From Pseudomonadales bacterium (GTDB taxonomy: Bacteria; Pseudomonadota; Gammaproteobacteria; Pseudomonadales; M0112): a stretch of 64,000 bases of DNA. The DNA lies in assembly GCA_036568505.1 (NCBI GenBank), contig DATCSK010000014.1, positions 13,022 to 77,021 of the forward strand, written 5' to 3'. The position numbers were made by a program, and so were the translations under genes. The notes under the pieces are model-generated. The model was given only the letters and a program-made list of their open reading frames with translations. It did not search any database and was not told the origin of the DNA. Shown piece by piece: positions 10,519 to 23,436 of this stretch (positions within the stretch are counted from its first letter, which is position 1; the number at the start of each line of letters is the position of its first letter).

Positions 10519-11933
10519 ACGCGCAAAATTTTCAGTACGTTGGTGTTGCCATCCACGCGCAGTTTGTCACCGCGTGTCATCACGATGGTGTCGCCTTCTT
10601 GCAACAGCCCGCGCGCAACGAGCGCCTCGATAGCGCGGCCGGTGACATCACCGGTCATGGCAAACGGAATCGCCGTCACGCCGCGATACAGCGATACCCG
10701 GTTGCAGGTGTCTTCGCGGCGACTCAATGCGTAAATCGGTAGCGCGGAATTCAACCGCGACATCCACAAGGCCGTTTTGCCGGTTTCGGTCAGGCTGATA
10801 ATGGCCTTCACGCCTTCGAGATGGTTTGCGGCATACACCGCGCTGGTGGCAATGGCTTCTTCGGTGGTTTTGAAGGGGCGATCCAGGCTTAAATCCACGC
10901 GGCGGATGGCCGGGTATTGCTCGGCGCCTTCGCAGGTGTTGGCCATGGCCAGCACGGTTTCTACCGGGTATTTGCCGTTGGCTGTTTCGGCGGAGAGCAT
11001 GACCGCGTCGGTGCCATCGAGTACCGCGTTGGCGACATCGAACACTTCGGCGCGTGTCGGCACCGGGCTGTGGATCATGGATTCCATCATTTGCGTGGCA
11101 GTGATCACCGAGCGGTTCAGTTGGCGCGCGCGGTGAATAATGTGTTTTTGCACGGCAATCAATTGCGCATCGCCAATCTCAACGCCCAGATCACCGCGCG
11201 CAACCATGACGCCATCGCAGGCTTCGATGATGGTATCGAGATGGGCGTCCTCGGCCACGGCTTCAGCACGCTCAATTTTGCCAATGATGGCGGCATCGCT
11301 GCCGGCTTCATGCAATAGTTTGCGAGCGGTGTGAATGTCTTCGGCAGAGCCGGGGAAGGAGACGGCCACATAATCGAGTTCCAGCTCGGCGGCGAGTTTG
11401 ATGTCGACCAAATCTTTTTCGGTCAGTGCCGGTGCGGACAAGCCGCCGCCCAGACGGTTGATGCCTTTGCGCGGAAACAATTCGCCGGTGCATTCCGAGT
11501 GACAAACGACTTGTCGGCCATCGACTTTTTCAACGCGCAGGCGCAGGCGGCCATCGTCGAGTAATAAAATATCGCCAGCATGCACGTAATCCGGTAGCGG
11601 TTTGTAATCCACGCCGATGTGCGAATCATCTCCCTCGCCTTCAGCGAGGGTCGGGTCGAGCACAATGACCGTGCCCGGCACCAACGGAATGCTGCGGCTT
11701 TTGAATTTGCTGATGCGAATTTTGGGGCCCTGCAGATCGCCCAATAAGGCGACGCAGGTGTCGTGTTCTTTGGCCAGGCGGCGTATGCACGCCACGCGTT
11801 GGCGGTGATCGTCTGCGTTGCCGTGCGAGAAATTAAACCGGAATACATTCACGCCGGCTTTGAGCAGGGCGGCCAGTACCGTTTCGCTATCACTGGCCGG
11901 ACCGATGGTGGCAACGATTTTCGTGCGTCTCAT
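10515..11933 (-). CDS. pyk: pyruvate kinase
   Basis: 472 aa with MRRTKIVATIGPAS, NFSHG, MVARGDLGVEI and ATQMMESM motifs. Confidence 0.94.
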   Translation of the reverse strand: MRRTKIVATIGPASDSETVLAALLKAGVNVFRFNFSHGNADDHRQRVACIRRLAKEHDTCVALLGDLQGPKIRISKFKSRSIPLVPGTVIVLDPTLAEGEGDDSHIGVDYKPLPDYVHAGDILLLDDGRLRLRVEKVDGRQVVCHSECTGELFPRKGINRLGGGLSAPALTEKDLVDIKLAAELELDYVAVSFPGSAEDIHTARKLLHEAGSDAAIIGKIERAEAVAEDAHLDTIIEACDGVMVARGDLGVEIGDAQLIAVQKHIIHRARQLNRSVITATQMMESMIHSPVPTRAEVFDVANAVLDGTDAVMLSAETANGKYPVETVLAMANTCEGAEQYPAIRRVDLSLDRPFKTTEEAIATSAVYAANHLEGVKAIISLTETGKTALWMSRLNSALPIYALSRREDTCNRVSLYRGVTAIPFAMTGDVTGRAIEALVARGLLQEGDTIVMTRGDKLRVDGNTNVLKILRV

Positions 11934-11963
11934 AATAAGAATTACCGTTATTCAGTGTGGTGA

Positions 11964-12701
11964 CTATCGACTCAGTGATTTGCCGCCATCCACGGCGATC
12001 ACCTGGCCGGTGATGTAGTGCGCTTGCGTCAAAAAGAGCACGGTGTTGGCAATGTCATCCGGATCGCCTTTGCGCGCCAGTGGAATGCCGGCCAGCCATT
12101 GCGATTCGGTGTTGCTGTCTGGCGTGACACCCGGAGGCCACAGGATGGCGCCGGGGGCAATGCCATTGACGCGTACTGCCGGTGCAAGCTCTAGCGCCAG
12201 ACTTTGCGTGAGCATGGCAAGCCCGGCTTTGGCTGCACAGTATACGCTGTGTTGCGACAGCGGTTTCTGCGCATGAATATCAATCAGATTAATAATGCTG
12301 CCACGCTGCTTGGTGAGTGCGGGAGCCAATTGCTGGGCTATAAAAAACGGCGCTTTAAGATTGCTGGCCATCAAGGTGTTCCAGTCGGCTTCGGTGGCGG
12401 CAGTGATGGCGGTGGGGTAAAACGTCGAGGCGTTATTGACCAGCAGGTCCATGCGTTGCCAATGCGCCAGTGCCTGCTCGGCCAAGTGCAGGGTGGCATC
12501 GTGTTGCTCCAGATTGGCACGCAGGGTGTGTGCGCTGTCGGGGCGTTGCTGATTGAGACTGGCGGCCAGCATCCGGGCGTTGTCGGCCGACTGCCAATAA
12601 TGAATGATCACGCGCCAGCCCTGCTGGTGCAGCGCGCGGGCAATGGCCGCGCCAATGCGATGAGCGGCACCGGTGATTAGCGCGACGGGTGCATCAGCCA
12701 T
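11964..12701 (-). CDS. SDR-family oxidoreductase, pteridine reductase (FolM/PTR1-like)
   Basis: 245 aa with [18 protein letters not shown] (TGxxxRIG) and YCAAKAG catalytic motifs. Neighbours the folBK and cca genes. Confidence 0.8.
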   Translation of the reverse strand: MADAPVALITGAAHRIGAAIARALHQQGWRVIIHYWQSADNARMLAASLNQQRPDSAHTLRANLEQHDATLHLAEQALAHWQRMDLLVNNASTFYPTAITAATEADWNTLMASNLKAPFFIAQQLAPALTKQRGSIINLIDIHAQKPLSQHSVYCAAKAGLAMLTQSLALELAPAVRVNGIAPGAILWPPGVTPDSNTESQWLAGIPLARKGDPDDIANTVLFLTQAHYITGQVIAVDGGKSLSR

Positions 12702-13923
12702 GCTGAGTCCTCCAGGCTTTTAATGCATCGAGGCGCTTGCTGCGCAGTGCGCGTCCGAAAGCCGGGCCGCTTAAATCCGTTTGGTCGGCTAAGGATTCGC
12801 CGCTGATGGCGCGCACACAATCGGCCGCTTGCTGAAGGAATGCGGCTTGTGGATACGGTGCCTGCTCTCGGCCGAGCCGGCCTCGGGCATCGGCCTCGCA
12901 GGCGGCAATGAGGTGCGGCAGGCGTTCCGGGCGACGAAACACATCAGCCGCTTCCAGCAGGGTGAGCACGGTGTCGGGGCGCATTTCCAAGGCGCGGTGC
13001 ACTTTCAAATGCAGTGTGCAGGCAAGGCGTGCCAGGTCACGGGCGTCGCGCGGCGCCCGCAGGCGTTCGCAGACGGCATCGACCAAGGGCAGGCCGGTGT
13101 GTTCGTGGGCAATATGCCGTGGCCAGTCGGATGGTGGGGTGAGTCCTTTGCCCAGGTCATGCAGCAATACGGCAAAGCGCACATCGGGGTTGTTGGAGAG
13201 TCGCGCGGCCTGCTCCAGTGCCAGCAAGACATGCGCACCGGTATCAATTTCAGGATGGTGCGCTGCGGGTTGCGGCACGCCGAACAGGCGGTCGACTTCG
13301 GGCAATATCACGGCCAGTGCACCGCAGTCACGCAACACGCGAATGCATTGCTGGGGCGCGGCTTCCCCCATGGCGCGTGACAGCTCTTGCCATACGCGTT
13401 CTGCCACCAAGTGCTGCAATTCCCCGCTGGCGGTGATGCGCTGCATCAGGGCTTGTGTTTCATCGGCCACGCGAAAGCCGAGTGGTGCCAGGCGTGCGGC
13501 AAATCGTGCCACGCGCAACACGCGCAACGGGTCTTCGGTGAAGGCGTTCGATACGTGCCGTAACAAGCCGGCGCGTAAATCCTGCTCGCCGCCGTAAGGG
13601 TCGATCAGCACGCCATCGGCATCGCGTGCCATGGCGTTAATGGTCAGGTCGCGGCGCAGCAAGTCTTCTTCGAGCGTGACCTCGGGGCTGGCGTGGCACA
13701 CAAAGCCGGTATAGCCGTGGCCGGATTTGCGTTCGGTGCGCGCCAGCGCGTATTCCTCGCGGGTTTGCGGGTGCAGGAACACCGGGAAGTCGCGCCCGAC
13801 CGGTGAAAAGCCGTCAGCGAGCAGGGTCTCGGGGGTGCTGCCCACGACCACCCAGTCGCGCTCACGGGGTGCGATCCCAAGCAGTTCATCGCGGACAGCA
13901 CCGCCGACCAGATACGTTTTCAT
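12694..13923 (-). CDS. cca: multifunctional CCA-adding enzyme (tRNA nucleotidyltransferase / phosphohydrolase)
   Basis: [24 protein letters not shown] and a C-terminal HD domain (LLHDLGK). 409 aa. Confidence 0.94.
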   Translation of the reverse strand: MKTYLVGGAVRDELLGIAPRERDWVVVGSTPETLLADGFSPVGRDFPVFLHPQTREEYALARTERKSGHGYTGFVCHASPEVTLEEDLLRRDLTINAMARDADGVLIDPYGGEQDLRAGLLRHVSNAFTEDPLRVLRVARFAARLAPLGFRVADETQALMQRITASGELQHLVAERVWQELSRAMGEAAPQQCIRVLRDCGALAVILPEVDRLFGVPQPAAHHPEIDTGAHVLLALEQAARLSNNPDVRFAVLLHDLGKGLTPPSDWPRHIAHEHTGLPLVDAVCERLRAPRDARDLARLACTLHLKVHRALEMRPDTVLTLLEAADVFRRPERLPHLIAACEADARGRLGREQAPYPQAAFLQQAADCVRAISGESLADQTDLSGPAFGRALRSKRLDALKAWRTQHG

Positions 13924-14054
13924 GAGTGTCTTGCTATTCCCGCGAGTGCAGTGGGTCAGTGTAACGCGTCCATGGAATGACGTGAAATGCCCGACCTGCA
14001 GGCGATGGGGAGCTTCTGGTATGCTGAAGGCCTGTTTTGGTTGCGGAGGTTTTC

Positions 14055-14621
14055 ATGAAGAAGTGCCTGAGTGTTGGACTCATGCTGGTCCTGATGGCGG
14101 GATGTGCATCGGGCATCAAGGTCAATAACGATTATGATCCGACAGCCGATTTTGCCAGTTATAAGCAATACGCCTGGTATCCCTCCAAGCAGACAGTGCC
14201 GGCCGATGCTTTCATCAGTGAATTGGTCGTGCAGCGTATTGAACGCGCGATTGATAGTGGGCTGGTCGCAAAAAACCTGCAGCCAGTGCCTGCCGGCAAG
14301 GAGCAGTTTCAGGTGCGCGTGTATCTGGTGATTGAAGACAAGCTGGACGTGCAAACCTGGAATGCCAGTTATGGTTACGGCCGTTACAACGATCCCTGGG
14401 GCTGGAATGCGGGCACGGAGACCACGATCACGCAGTATCAGCAAGGCACGCTGATTATTGATTTTGTCGATGCGAAAACCCATAAACTGGTGTGGCGGGG
14501 TACCGCAGCCTCGCGATTGCGTCAGGAGTCGTCCCCCGAGGAGCGTCAGGCGCGCGTCAACGAGGTGGTGACGGCGATCCTGAGCCAATACCCGCCCATG
14601 CAAACACCCGAAAAACAATAA
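14055..14621 (+). CDS. DUF4136-family lipoprotein
   Basis: GGAGG SD 5 nt before ATG 14055. Signal peptide with lipobox (LVLMAGC). The motif GTLIIDFVDAKTHKLVWRG is typical of DUF4136. Confidence 0.75.
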   Translation: MKKCLSVGLMLVLMAGCASGIKVNNDYDPTADFASYKQYAWYPSKQTVPADAFISELVVQRIERAIDSGLVAKNLQPVPAGKEQFQVRVYLVIEDKLDVQTWNASYGYGRYNDPWGWNAGTETTITQYQQGTLIIDFVDAKTHKLVWRGTAASRLRQESSPEERQARVNEVVTAILSQYPPMQTPEKQ

Positions 14622-14639
14622 TCATCACGAGGATGCATC

Positions 14640-14891
14640 ATGAGTGACAAGGTAACCCTGACAGTACATTACGTGGACGGTTCACGCAGCGTGTTCAGTT
14701 TTGATCGGCAAGCCGAGGCGGCAGTCGCAGGCACTTTGCTGGAGCGTTTGTCCGATGGCCAGGTGTTGACGATTGAAACCGATGAAGGTTTGATTACGAT
14801 TCCGTGGTCGAGCATTAAGTACCTGCATTCGTACCCGAACCCGAAAGCATTGCCTAAAACGGCTATTCGTGGCGCGCGGATTCTGGAGTGA
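14640..14891 (+). CDS. hypothetical small protein (83 aa)
   Basis: GAGGA SD 7 nt upstream of the ATG. It directly follows the DUF4136 gene and ends at a strong terminator. No family recognised. Confidence 0.6.
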   Translation: MSDKVTLTVHYVDGSRSVFSFDRQAEAAVAGTLLERLSDGQVLTIETDEGLITIPWSSIKYLHSYPNPKALPKTAIRGARILE

Positions 14892-14902
14892 AGGCAGCAG
14901 GC

Positions 14903-14938
14903 AATAAAAAACGGGAGCCAGGCTCCCGTTTTTTATTG
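14903..14938. terminator. bidirectional rho-independent terminator (shared by the 83-aa ORF and apaH)
   Basis: AATAAAAAACGGGAGCC-a-GGCTCCCGTTTTTTATT: a perfect GC-rich palindrome flanked by A- and T-runs. The apaH stop codon (14935-14933) lies inside the T/A run. Confidence 0.85.
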
Positions 14939-15763
14939 CCCGGCGCCCGGCACTTCATCACGTTGAGCCGTGACCGTTTGGCCGGTGTCGCGATGTTGCA
15001 GGGTAAGGTGCTGACCCCAAACGCAGCCGGTATCCAGTGCATGCCGGTTTGGCACCGGGCAGTGCCCCATCAATGCAGCCCAGTGACCGAAGTAGACATG
15101 CCAATCGCGCAGTGCCGCGTTGGGGTGTGAAAACCACGGCGCGAATCCAGCCGGTGCGGCATTGGCGGCTTCTTTGGTGTTGAGCTCCAGTCGACCGTGC
15201 GCATCACAAAAACGCATGCGGGTGAAATAATTGATGATGAGCCGCTGGCGCGGCATGCCGGCGAGCGTGTCTTGCCAGCAGTCCGGCTCGTCGCCGTACA
15301 TGTGTTCCAGCAAGTCACGGCAGTTCGTGCTTTGTAAGGTTGCCGATATCTCGGCTGCGCAGGCTTCGGCGGTGGCCACATCCCAGCACGGCGGAATACC
15401 GGCATGCACCATCAGGCTGTGCGAGGCGTCGTCGCGCAGCAACAGCGGTTGTTGACGAAGCCAGCCGAGTAATTCAGCCGCATCCGGCGCATCCAGAATG
15501 GCTTGCAGCGTGTCGTGGCGTTTGACGGGTCGAATGCCTTCGGCCACGGCCAGTAAATGCAAGTCATGGTTGCCGAGCACGATGCGGGCGTGATCGCCGA
15601 GCTGATAAAAAAAGCGCAGGGTGGCGAGCGACTCCGGGCCGCGGTTGACCAGATCGCCGACCGACCACAGGCAATCACGGTCGGGGTCAAAACGGGCCTG
15701 CGTCAGCACGCGCATCAATTCGCCAAAGCAGCCCTGTACGTCGCCGACAACCCAGGTGTTCAT
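14933..15763 (-). CDS. apaH: bis(5'-nucleosyl)-tetraphosphatase (symmetrical)
   Basis: [20 protein letters not shown] and GNHD metallophosphatase motifs. 276 aa. Confidence 0.94.
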   Translation of the reverse strand: MNTWVVGDVQGCFGELMRVLTQARFDPDRDCLWSVGDLVNRGPESLATLRFFYQLGDHARIVLGNHDLHLLAVAEGIRPVKRHDTLQAILDAPDAAELLGWLRQQPLLLRDDASHSLMVHAGIPPCWDVATAEACAAEISATLQSTNCRDLLEHMYGDEPDCWQDTLAGMPRQRLIINYFTRMRFCDAHGRLELNTKEAANAAPAGFAPWFSHPNAALRDWHVYFGHWAALMGHCPVPNRHALDTGCVWGQHLTLQHRDTGQTVTAQRDEVPGAGQ

Positions 15764-16551
15764 GCGCCGCTCTCCGGTGGGCAGGCATTGGCCAGCGCGA
15801 CAAACTCGGCAACCGACACGGTATCGGGACGACGCGCAGGATCAATGCTGGCGATCGGCCAGTCATCGGCGAAGAACGGCTTCAGTGCATTGCGCAGCGT
15901 CTTGCGGCGCTGCGTGAATGCCTGTGTCACCAAACGGCGCAAAACAGCAATGTCCTGCGCCGGGTGGGGTAATGTGTCGTGCGGTACCAGGCGGGCAATG
16001 GCCGAGGTGACTTTCGGTTGCGGTGAAAAGGCCTCGGGCGGTACACGAAATAAGTGTTCGACGCGGCAGTGGTATTGCACCATCACGCTGAGGCGGCCCC
16101 AATCGCCGTTGCCCGGTTGTGCACACAGCCGGTCCACCACTTCCTGTTGCAACATCACGTGCATATCACGAATCAAAGGCGCGTAATTCAGTAGATGGAA
16201 TATCAACGGCGTAGAAATATTGTAGGGCAGGTTGCCGATGATGCGCAGGCTGCGCGGTGCGGTTGCCAGGGTGTTGATGTCGCAGCGCAGCGCATCAACC
16301 ACGTGCAAATGAAAATTCGGTTGATCGGCAAATCGTGTTTGTAAGTGCGCAGCCAGGTCGCGATCGATTTCGATGGCGTCGAGTTGCGCACCGGTGGCGA
16401 GCAGGCCTGCGGTAATCGCGCCCTGACCGGGGCCGATTTCGAGCAAGTGTTGATCGGCATGGGCTGCGATGGTGCGCAGCAGGCGATCGATGATGCCGCT
16501 GTCGTGCAAAAAGTTCTGACCGAAGCGTTTGCGGGCGCGATGTTCAGCCAT
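15760..16551 (-). CDS. rsmA: 16S rRNA (adenine1518/1519-N6)-dimethyltransferase
   Basis: Begins [17 protein letters not shown], then [11 protein letters not shown]. Start set at ATG 16551; the track ORF extends 57 codons upstream into pdxA. Overlaps apaH by 4 nt. Confidence 0.93.
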   Translation of the reverse strand: MAEHRARKRFGQNFLHDSGIIDRLLRTIAAHADQHLLEIGPGQGAITAGLLATGAQLDAIEIDRDLAAHLQTRFADQPNFHLHVVDALRCDINTLATAPRSLRIIGNLPYNISTPLIFHLLNYAPLIRDMHVMLQQEVVDRLCAQPGNGDWGRLSVMVQYHCRVEHLFRVPPEAFSPQPKVTSAIARLVPHDTLPHPAQDIAVLRRLVTQAFTQRRKTLRNALKPFFADDWPIASIDPARRPDTVSVAEFVALANACPPESGA

Positions 16552-17560
16552 GCCGCACCGCGTTCGCTTGTGCCACGCGTGCCAGTCCGGCCGCTTGCAG
16601 GGCGGCGTGTTGCAGACTGCTGGCATCGGCTTGGTGTGTGCCTGCCAAAGCCAATGCGGTGCCGTGATCCACGGAGGTGCGAATGATCGGCAAGCCGAGC
16701 GTGATGTTGATGGCTTCGCCAAAGCCTTGTGCTTTTAGCACCGGCAGACCTTGGTCGTGGTACATCGCGAGTACGGCATCGTGGCCGGCAAGCGCGTGTG
16801 GTGTGAAGGCGGTGTCGGCCGGTACCGGGCCGATCAATTGCATGCCTTGATCACGCAAGGTGTTGAGCGCGGGGGTGATGATGTCGATTTCTTCGCGGCC
16901 CAGATGACCGCCTTCGCCGGCGTGCGGGTTTAAGCCCAGCACCAGAATTTTCGGTTCTGCGATGCCAAAGGTGTTGCGCAGACTGTTGTGCAAAATACGG
17001 ATCACCGCGTGCAGGCGATCGCGCGTCACCATGCCGGGAATGGCCGAGAGCGGTGCGTGCGTGGTGAGCAGCGCCACGCGCAGGCGATCGGTTGCCAGCA
17101 TCATCACGACTTGAGCGGTACCGGTGTGGTCGGCCAGAAATTCGGTGTGACCGGTAAAGGCCATGCCGGCTTCATTGATAATGCTTTTCTGCACAGGGCC
17201 GGTGACCAGGGCATCGGTGCGGCGATTGATGCAGGCATCGGTTGCTGCCGTGAGGGTGGCGATCACATAGGCTGCATTGCGGGCATCCAGTTGGCCTGCG
17301 GTGACGGGACGCGTTGTTGCGATCGGTTCTATCCACAGTTGCCCGGCCCGATGCGTTTCATGACGCTCGGGCGTGCCGGCAATCAGTGTCAGCGGGAGAT
17401 TCAGTTGTGCGGCACGCTCACTGAGGAGCTGCGGGTCGGCAAAGGCAACGGGCAAATAGTCGAGCGGGTGCTGGATCAGCTTGATCAGGATGTCGGGGCC
17501 AATGCCGGCCGGCTCTCCCGGCGTGATGGCCAGTCGCGGACGATCACTTGATGTCGACAT
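16544..17560 (-). CDS. pdxA: 4-hydroxythreonine-4-phosphate dehydrogenase
   Basis: 338 aa with [18 protein letters not shown] and LNPHAGEGG motifs, in the conserved surA-pdxA-rsmA order. Confidence 0.94.
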   Translation of the reverse strand: MSTSSDRPRLAITPGEPAGIGPDILIKLIQHPLDYLPVAFADPQLLSERAAQLNLPLTLIAGTPERHETHRAGQLWIEPIATTRPVTAGQLDARNAAYVIATLTAATDACINRRTDALVTGPVQKSIINEAGMAFTGHTEFLADHTGTAQVVMMLATDRLRVALLTTHAPLSAIPGMVTRDRLHAVIRILHNSLRNTFGIAEPKILVLGLNPHAGEGGHLGREEIDIITPALNTLRDQGMQLIGPVPADTAFTPHALAGHDAVLAMYHDQGLPVLKAQGFGEAINITLGLPIIRTSVDHGTALALAGTHQADASSLQHAALQAAGLARVAQANAVRHG

Positions 17561-18815
17561 AGGCCTCGTCGCGAATTTTGACTAACCAGGCGGACAGTTC
17601 GTCTTCGTATTTGCGTTCGAACAAATGCTGATGCGCCATATTGCGTTGAATTTCATTGCCCAGGTCTTTTTCGCGACGTTCCTCGACTTGCAGGATGTGC
17701 CAGCCAAAATCGCTTTGGAACGGCTCTGACACTTCGCCAATCGGCATGGCATCCATCACGGCGGTAAATTGCGGTACAAACTGGCCGGGGTTTGCCCAGC
17801 CCAGATCACCGCCTTCCATCGCCGAGCCGATATCGTCGGAATATTGGCGGGCCAGCTCCGTGAACTCTTCGCCATTGATAATGCGCTGGCGCAATTTGGC
17901 GGCCAGTGCTTGCGCCTGTTCATTGCTGCGGACTTCTGAAATTTTGATCAGGATGTGGCGGGCATGCGTTTGTTGTACCAGATGATGCTCGGCGCCACGA
18001 CGCCCCAGTACTTTAATGATATGGAAACCGCTGTCGCTGCGGAAAGGGCCGGCGGACTCACCGATTTGCAAGCCGCTGATGCTGCCGGCGAACAAGGAGG
18101 GAATGTCCTGGGGTTTGCGCCAGCCCAGTTCATTGTGGTGAGCCGGTACCGGCAAATCAGGGCTGGCAGCGAGAACGGATAATGAGGTCTTGCGGCTTGC
18201 CTTGAGTAATCGTTTGGCAGCAGCCTCGGTGCGGGTTTGCAGTTCGATGCTGGCCTTGGGGGATAATTCCAGCAACAGGTGATCAAGGTTCACTTCCGGC
18301 GCGATCATCGCCTGCCCTTCTTCGGAGGCCAGGAAGCCGGTGATTTCGTCGTCGGAGATAAAGACTTTTTGAGCAACATTGCCGCGTTGTACGCGCTGGG
18401 TAATCATTTGGATGCGGACTTGTTCGCGCATGCTGTCATAAGACAGGCCTTGCGATTGCAGTGCGGCCTGGAATTGTTCAATGCTCATATTGCTGCGGGC
18501 CGCGATGTCGGCAACGGCCGCGTTCAGTGCGCTGTCACTGATGCGCACGCCGGCGCGCTCGGCCATTTGCAACTGGATGGACTCGAGAATCAATAAGTTG
18601 ATGATTTCCTGCTGCAGGTATTCAGGCGGCGGCATCGCGGCACCGCGACTTTTAATGTTGTATTCCGCGGTCCTGATGCGCTCATCCACTTCGCTTTGCA
18701 TGATGACGCCGTCGTCCACCACAATCGCGACGCGATCCAGGGGTGTCGTGGCCGCCATGGCAGGGTGGCTTAGGATGATCAGGGCAAGCGTTGCCCAGCG
18801 CAGGGTTTTCATCAT
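17544..18815 (-). CDS. surA: periplasmic chaperone / peptidyl-prolyl isomerase SurA
   Basis: Signal peptide, a SurA N-domain and two parvulin domains (HILI, FGWHIL). The TAATG junction overlaps the lptD stop by 1 nt. Confidence 0.93.
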   Translation of the reverse strand: MMKTLRWATLALIILSHPAMAATTPLDRVAIVVDDGVIMQSEVDERIRTAEYNIKSRGAAMPPPEYLQQEIINLLILESIQLQMAERAGVRISDSALNAAVADIAARSNMSIEQFQAALQSQGLSYDSMREQVRIQMITQRVQRGNVAQKVFISDDEITGFLASEEGQAMIAPEVNLDHLLLELSPKASIELQTRTEAAAKRLLKASRKTSLSVLAASPDLPVPAHHNELGWRKPQDIPSLFAGSISGLQIGESAGPFRSDSGFHIIKVLGRRGAEHHLVQQTHARHILIKISEVRSNEQAQALAAKLRQRIINGEEFTELARQYSDDIGSAMEGGDLGWANPGQFVPQFTAVMDAMPIGEVSEPFQSDFGWHILQVEERREKDLGNEIQRNMAHQHLFERKYEDELSAWLVKIRDEAYVDIK

Positions 18816-21544
18816 TATCGTCCGCTCAGTACATCAAATCCGGGGATGGCATTGTCCAGCACGTCATCGACCTTGTCGGCCAGATCGCCCAATCCCTTGA
18901 GCTGGAACTGCAAGAAGAAGGCGTAGTCGCGCTCAAGTTCGTCGTCGGCAACAAAGTTGTTGTTGTCGATATTGAGCGCGCCATCAATGGCTTCCTGATA
19001 AACCGCACGCACCATCCAGCAGCAGCTTTCGTACTCAATACCACCCAGGGTCTCCAGCGAATCATTGGCCGTCAGGTCGTAGTTCCAGCGGGCGAACAAT
19101 CGCCACTGATGATTGAGTGGAATCACCGCAGAGAAATCGACCTGATCAATATCGGAGTTCACGAATTCGCCGGTGGTCGGGTCAAATTGCGGCGCTTCGC
19201 GACGGTAGCGATAGCCCAGATTAAACAACATGCGTTCGGTGGGCAGCCATTGGCCGGCAAAACCGCCTTCGCTGGTTTTGTTGGTGTCCGGATCCCAGCT
19301 GATGCCGGTGGTCAGACGGAAATTTTCTGACGGCGCGTACATGGCTTCGGCAGCAATTTCCGAATACGGTGATGTGTAGACCGGCGTGAGGGCGGCGACC
19401 TGGGTGACCGATACCCGGCGATCACGGTTATAGAAAATCTGGCCAATGCCGACATTGAAAGTTTCGCGGCCGGTTTCTTGATCGGTGAATCGCGACATCA
19501 CGCCGACCGTGGTTTGATTGGCATCATCCAGACGGTCATAACCGTTAAAGCGTGATTCGCGGTACAGGCTGCGGTAACTGAAGTCGATTTCCGAGGTGTC
19601 GAAGTTAGGCAGATTGGTCTGGTCTTCGTAGTCGGCATACAGGTAGTACAACCGGGGTTCAAACGTTTGCAAATAAGGGCTGTCATTCCAGGTCATGTCG
19701 CGCTCGAAAAACAGGCCGGCATCCAGGCTGAACATGGGGACGGTAGCCGAGGGTTGCCCCGTGATTTCGGTGCCGGGCAGTGGCCGGATAAAGTCCGGAT
19801 CATCCGGCCAGCTCATGATGGGGGCAGGGCCTGGCGGTACCCAGGTGGCGGGGGTGTAGTTGTAGACCACGCCGTTTTCATTCGAGTTGTTGAGCGTGTA
19901 ATTCACCTGACGGACTTTGGCCGTTGGCGTGATGTAGCCTGCCGACCAGCGCATCGGGAAGGTGACGCCCGGTTCGGTGTACAGGCGTTGGCCGCGGATC
20001 CGTTCGTCGCTGTCAAAAAAGCTGTAATCGGCGAGCAACAGCCAGCTTGGGCTGAACGATTCGCCGTCGGCTGATTTGATCAGCTCCAGATGCGGCAGCA
20101 GCGCGTACTGTTCTTTGGCATCGTCATTCAGGGTTTGGTAGTCCTCCAGCGAGGCCGTGAAGCTCCACAAATCACTGGTATAAGCGAGCACACCGGTTTG
20201 CTGCAGGTTGGTTTGGCGGCTGGCTTCGATGCTGACGGTGTCCAGATCACGGAAGTAGTCGTCGTCGCTGACGCGGGTGTAATCAATGCGGCTGCGCCAG
20301 CCATTGCCGAGCACGCCACGTTCGTTGAGTGTAATCAACCAGCGATCAATGTCGGCCGAGTAATCGGAGGGGGCGACCGGCTGCGGTGGTATGGAGTTCA
20401 ATTTGTTATCGATTTGGTCGTCGCGGTATTGCGTGTCGTTGTTCAGGTACGCTATGCCGAGCATCCACTCATCGAGCGGGCTGAGGTAACGCGTGCCGAG
20501 TTCATACATCATGCCGCGATCTTCAATGTAGCGCGGCGCGAAGGTGGCATCGTAGTTGGGTGCCAGATTAAAGTAATACGGCGTGGCAATTTCAAAGCCG
20601 CTGTTACTGCTGTGGCTGATGGTCGGCCACAGAAAGCCGCTCATGCGGCGATCATCGACCGGAAATTGCAAATAGGGGATGTAAGCAACCGGTATGGTTT
20701 CCAAATGCAGGACCGCGTCTTTGGCGGTGCCAATGCCGGTGTTCTGGTCAACATGAATTTCGCCGGCATGCAGGTCCCAGGCATGATCCAGCGGTTCGCA
20801 GGTGGTGTAATTCGAATCGCTCAGCTGATAAATGCCATCGCCCAGAATATCCAGTCGCCCGGCATCGCCACGAATGCGTTCTTCGTACATCACGAAATGG
20901 ACGTTCTCGGCGGCACCGGTGTCGGTGGCGGTGTTGATCTGGACGCGGTCGGCGAGAATCAACAAGCCGGGTTCTTGCAAGGTGACATCGCCTTCGAAGA
21001 TCACCCTGTCTTCGGTACGCAACACTTCGGCGCGATTGCTGCTGCCTTGTCGATAGCCTTGCTGGAACGCAATGCCGCCTTCCAGCACAAAGTGTTCGCC
21101 ACTTTCCTGAAGTTCACCGCTATCGGCGGTGACTTTTAAGGGCGAGTCTTCCGGATCGTTGCTGATTTTGTCGATATCGGCCAGTGGGTCGACATAGCTT
21201 CCTTCACAGCAACCGGCATCGGCCGAGGGTTGCCAGTTGAGTTCGGCCGGGGTCAAGGTTCTGCGCGGTGCCAGTGCGGCGGCGGCCGTCATTTGGGCGG
21301 GTGTTTGCGGTTCACCGCTGCGGCTCATGAGGGGTGAGGGACCGCTCACGGGGGTGGCATCACTCACGGTGGGCAGTGGCGGCAACCGGTAGGGCCCGGG
21401 AGTCACCGGAGCAGCCTGACAATCCCAGCCTTGTCCGTCGGCCTTGGGGCGGCATTGCCATTGGCTTGGGTCGCTATCGGCATGCGCCACGGAATGAGTC
21501 AGCAGCAGGGCGGCAAGCAGGTATCGCGAAGACTGGGGTGGCAT
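18815..21544 (-). CDS. lptD: LPS-assembly outer-membrane protein LptD
   Basis: 909 aa with a signal peptide, an OstA-like N-domain and a large beta-barrel with an aromatic-rich C-terminus. Sits upstream of surA as in all Enterobacteria and Pseudomonads. Confidence 0.95.
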   Translation of the reverse strand: MPPQSSRYLLAALLLTHSVAHADSDPSQWQCRPKADGQGWDCQAAPVTPGPYRLPPLPTVSDATPVSGPSPLMSRSGEPQTPAQMTAAAALAPRRTLTPAELNWQPSADAGCCEGSYVDPLADIDKISNDPEDSPLKVTADSGELQESGEHFVLEGGIAFQQGYRQGSSNRAEVLRTEDRVIFEGDVTLQEPGLLILADRVQINTATDTGAAENVHFVMYEERIRGDAGRLDILGDGIYQLSDSNYTTCEPLDHAWDLHAGEIHVDQNTGIGTAKDAVLHLETIPVAYIPYLQFPVDDRRMSGFLWPTISHSSNSGFEIATPYYFNLAPNYDATFAPRYIEDRGMMYELGTRYLSPLDEWMLGIAYLNNDTQYRDDQIDNKLNSIPPQPVAPSDYSADIDRWLITLNERGVLGNGWRSRIDYTRVSDDDYFRDLDTVSIEASRQTNLQQTGVLAYTSDLWSFTASLEDYQTLNDDAKEQYALLPHLELIKSADGESFSPSWLLLADYSFFDSDERIRGQRLYTEPGVTFPMRWSAGYITPTAKVRQVNYTLNNSNENGVVYNYTPATWVPPGPAPIMSWPDDPDFIRPLPGTEITGQPSATVPMFSLDAGLFFERDMTWNDSPYLQTFEPRLYYLYADYEDQTNLPNFDTSEIDFSYRSLYRESRFNGYDRLDDANQTTVGVMSRFTDQETGRETFNVGIGQIFYNRDRRVSVTQVAALTPVYTSPYSEIAAEAMYAPSENFRLTTGISWDPDTNKTSEGGFAGQWLPTERMLFNLGYRYRREAPQFDPTTGEFVNSDIDQVDFSAVIPLNHQWRLFARWNYDLTANDSLETLGGIEYESCCWMVRAVYQEAIDGALNIDNNNFVADDELERDYAFFLQFQLKGLGDLADKVDDVLDNAIPGFDVLSGR

Positions 21545-21705
21545 GCGTTGGGTTACCGGTTTGGCGATAGTGGTTGATCCGGCGGTGAAGCCGTCTTATG
21601 GCAAGCCGCATGATAAAGCATTGCGGGACTATCCCCAACCGTCGTCGGTTGTGATGCGGTGGGGATGCGCATGCTATTCTTCTGCCATTTCACGGGGATG
21701 AAGGC

Positions 21706-23408
<1,703 letters not shown>

Positions 23409-23436
23409 ATGAATTTTTCCACAAAGGAGTCACCTC

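Noticed and set aside
13956-14618. 220-aa minus-strand ORF overlapping the DUF4136 gene.
   Set aside because: The + strand product has an SD, a lipoprotein signal peptide and the DUF4136 signature. The antisense ORF has none of these.
16552-16722. 57-codon N-terminal extension of the rsmA ORF.
   Set aside because: It overlaps the 3' part of pdxA in another frame. The conserved RsmA N-terminus (RKRFGQNFL) follows the internal ATG at 16551.
20090-21139. 349-aa ORF on the + strand.
   Set aside because: It lies entirely antisense to lptD and has a low-complexity Gly/Ala/Val/Arg-rich composition typical of open antisense frames in GC-rich DNA. No recognisable domain, no SD.
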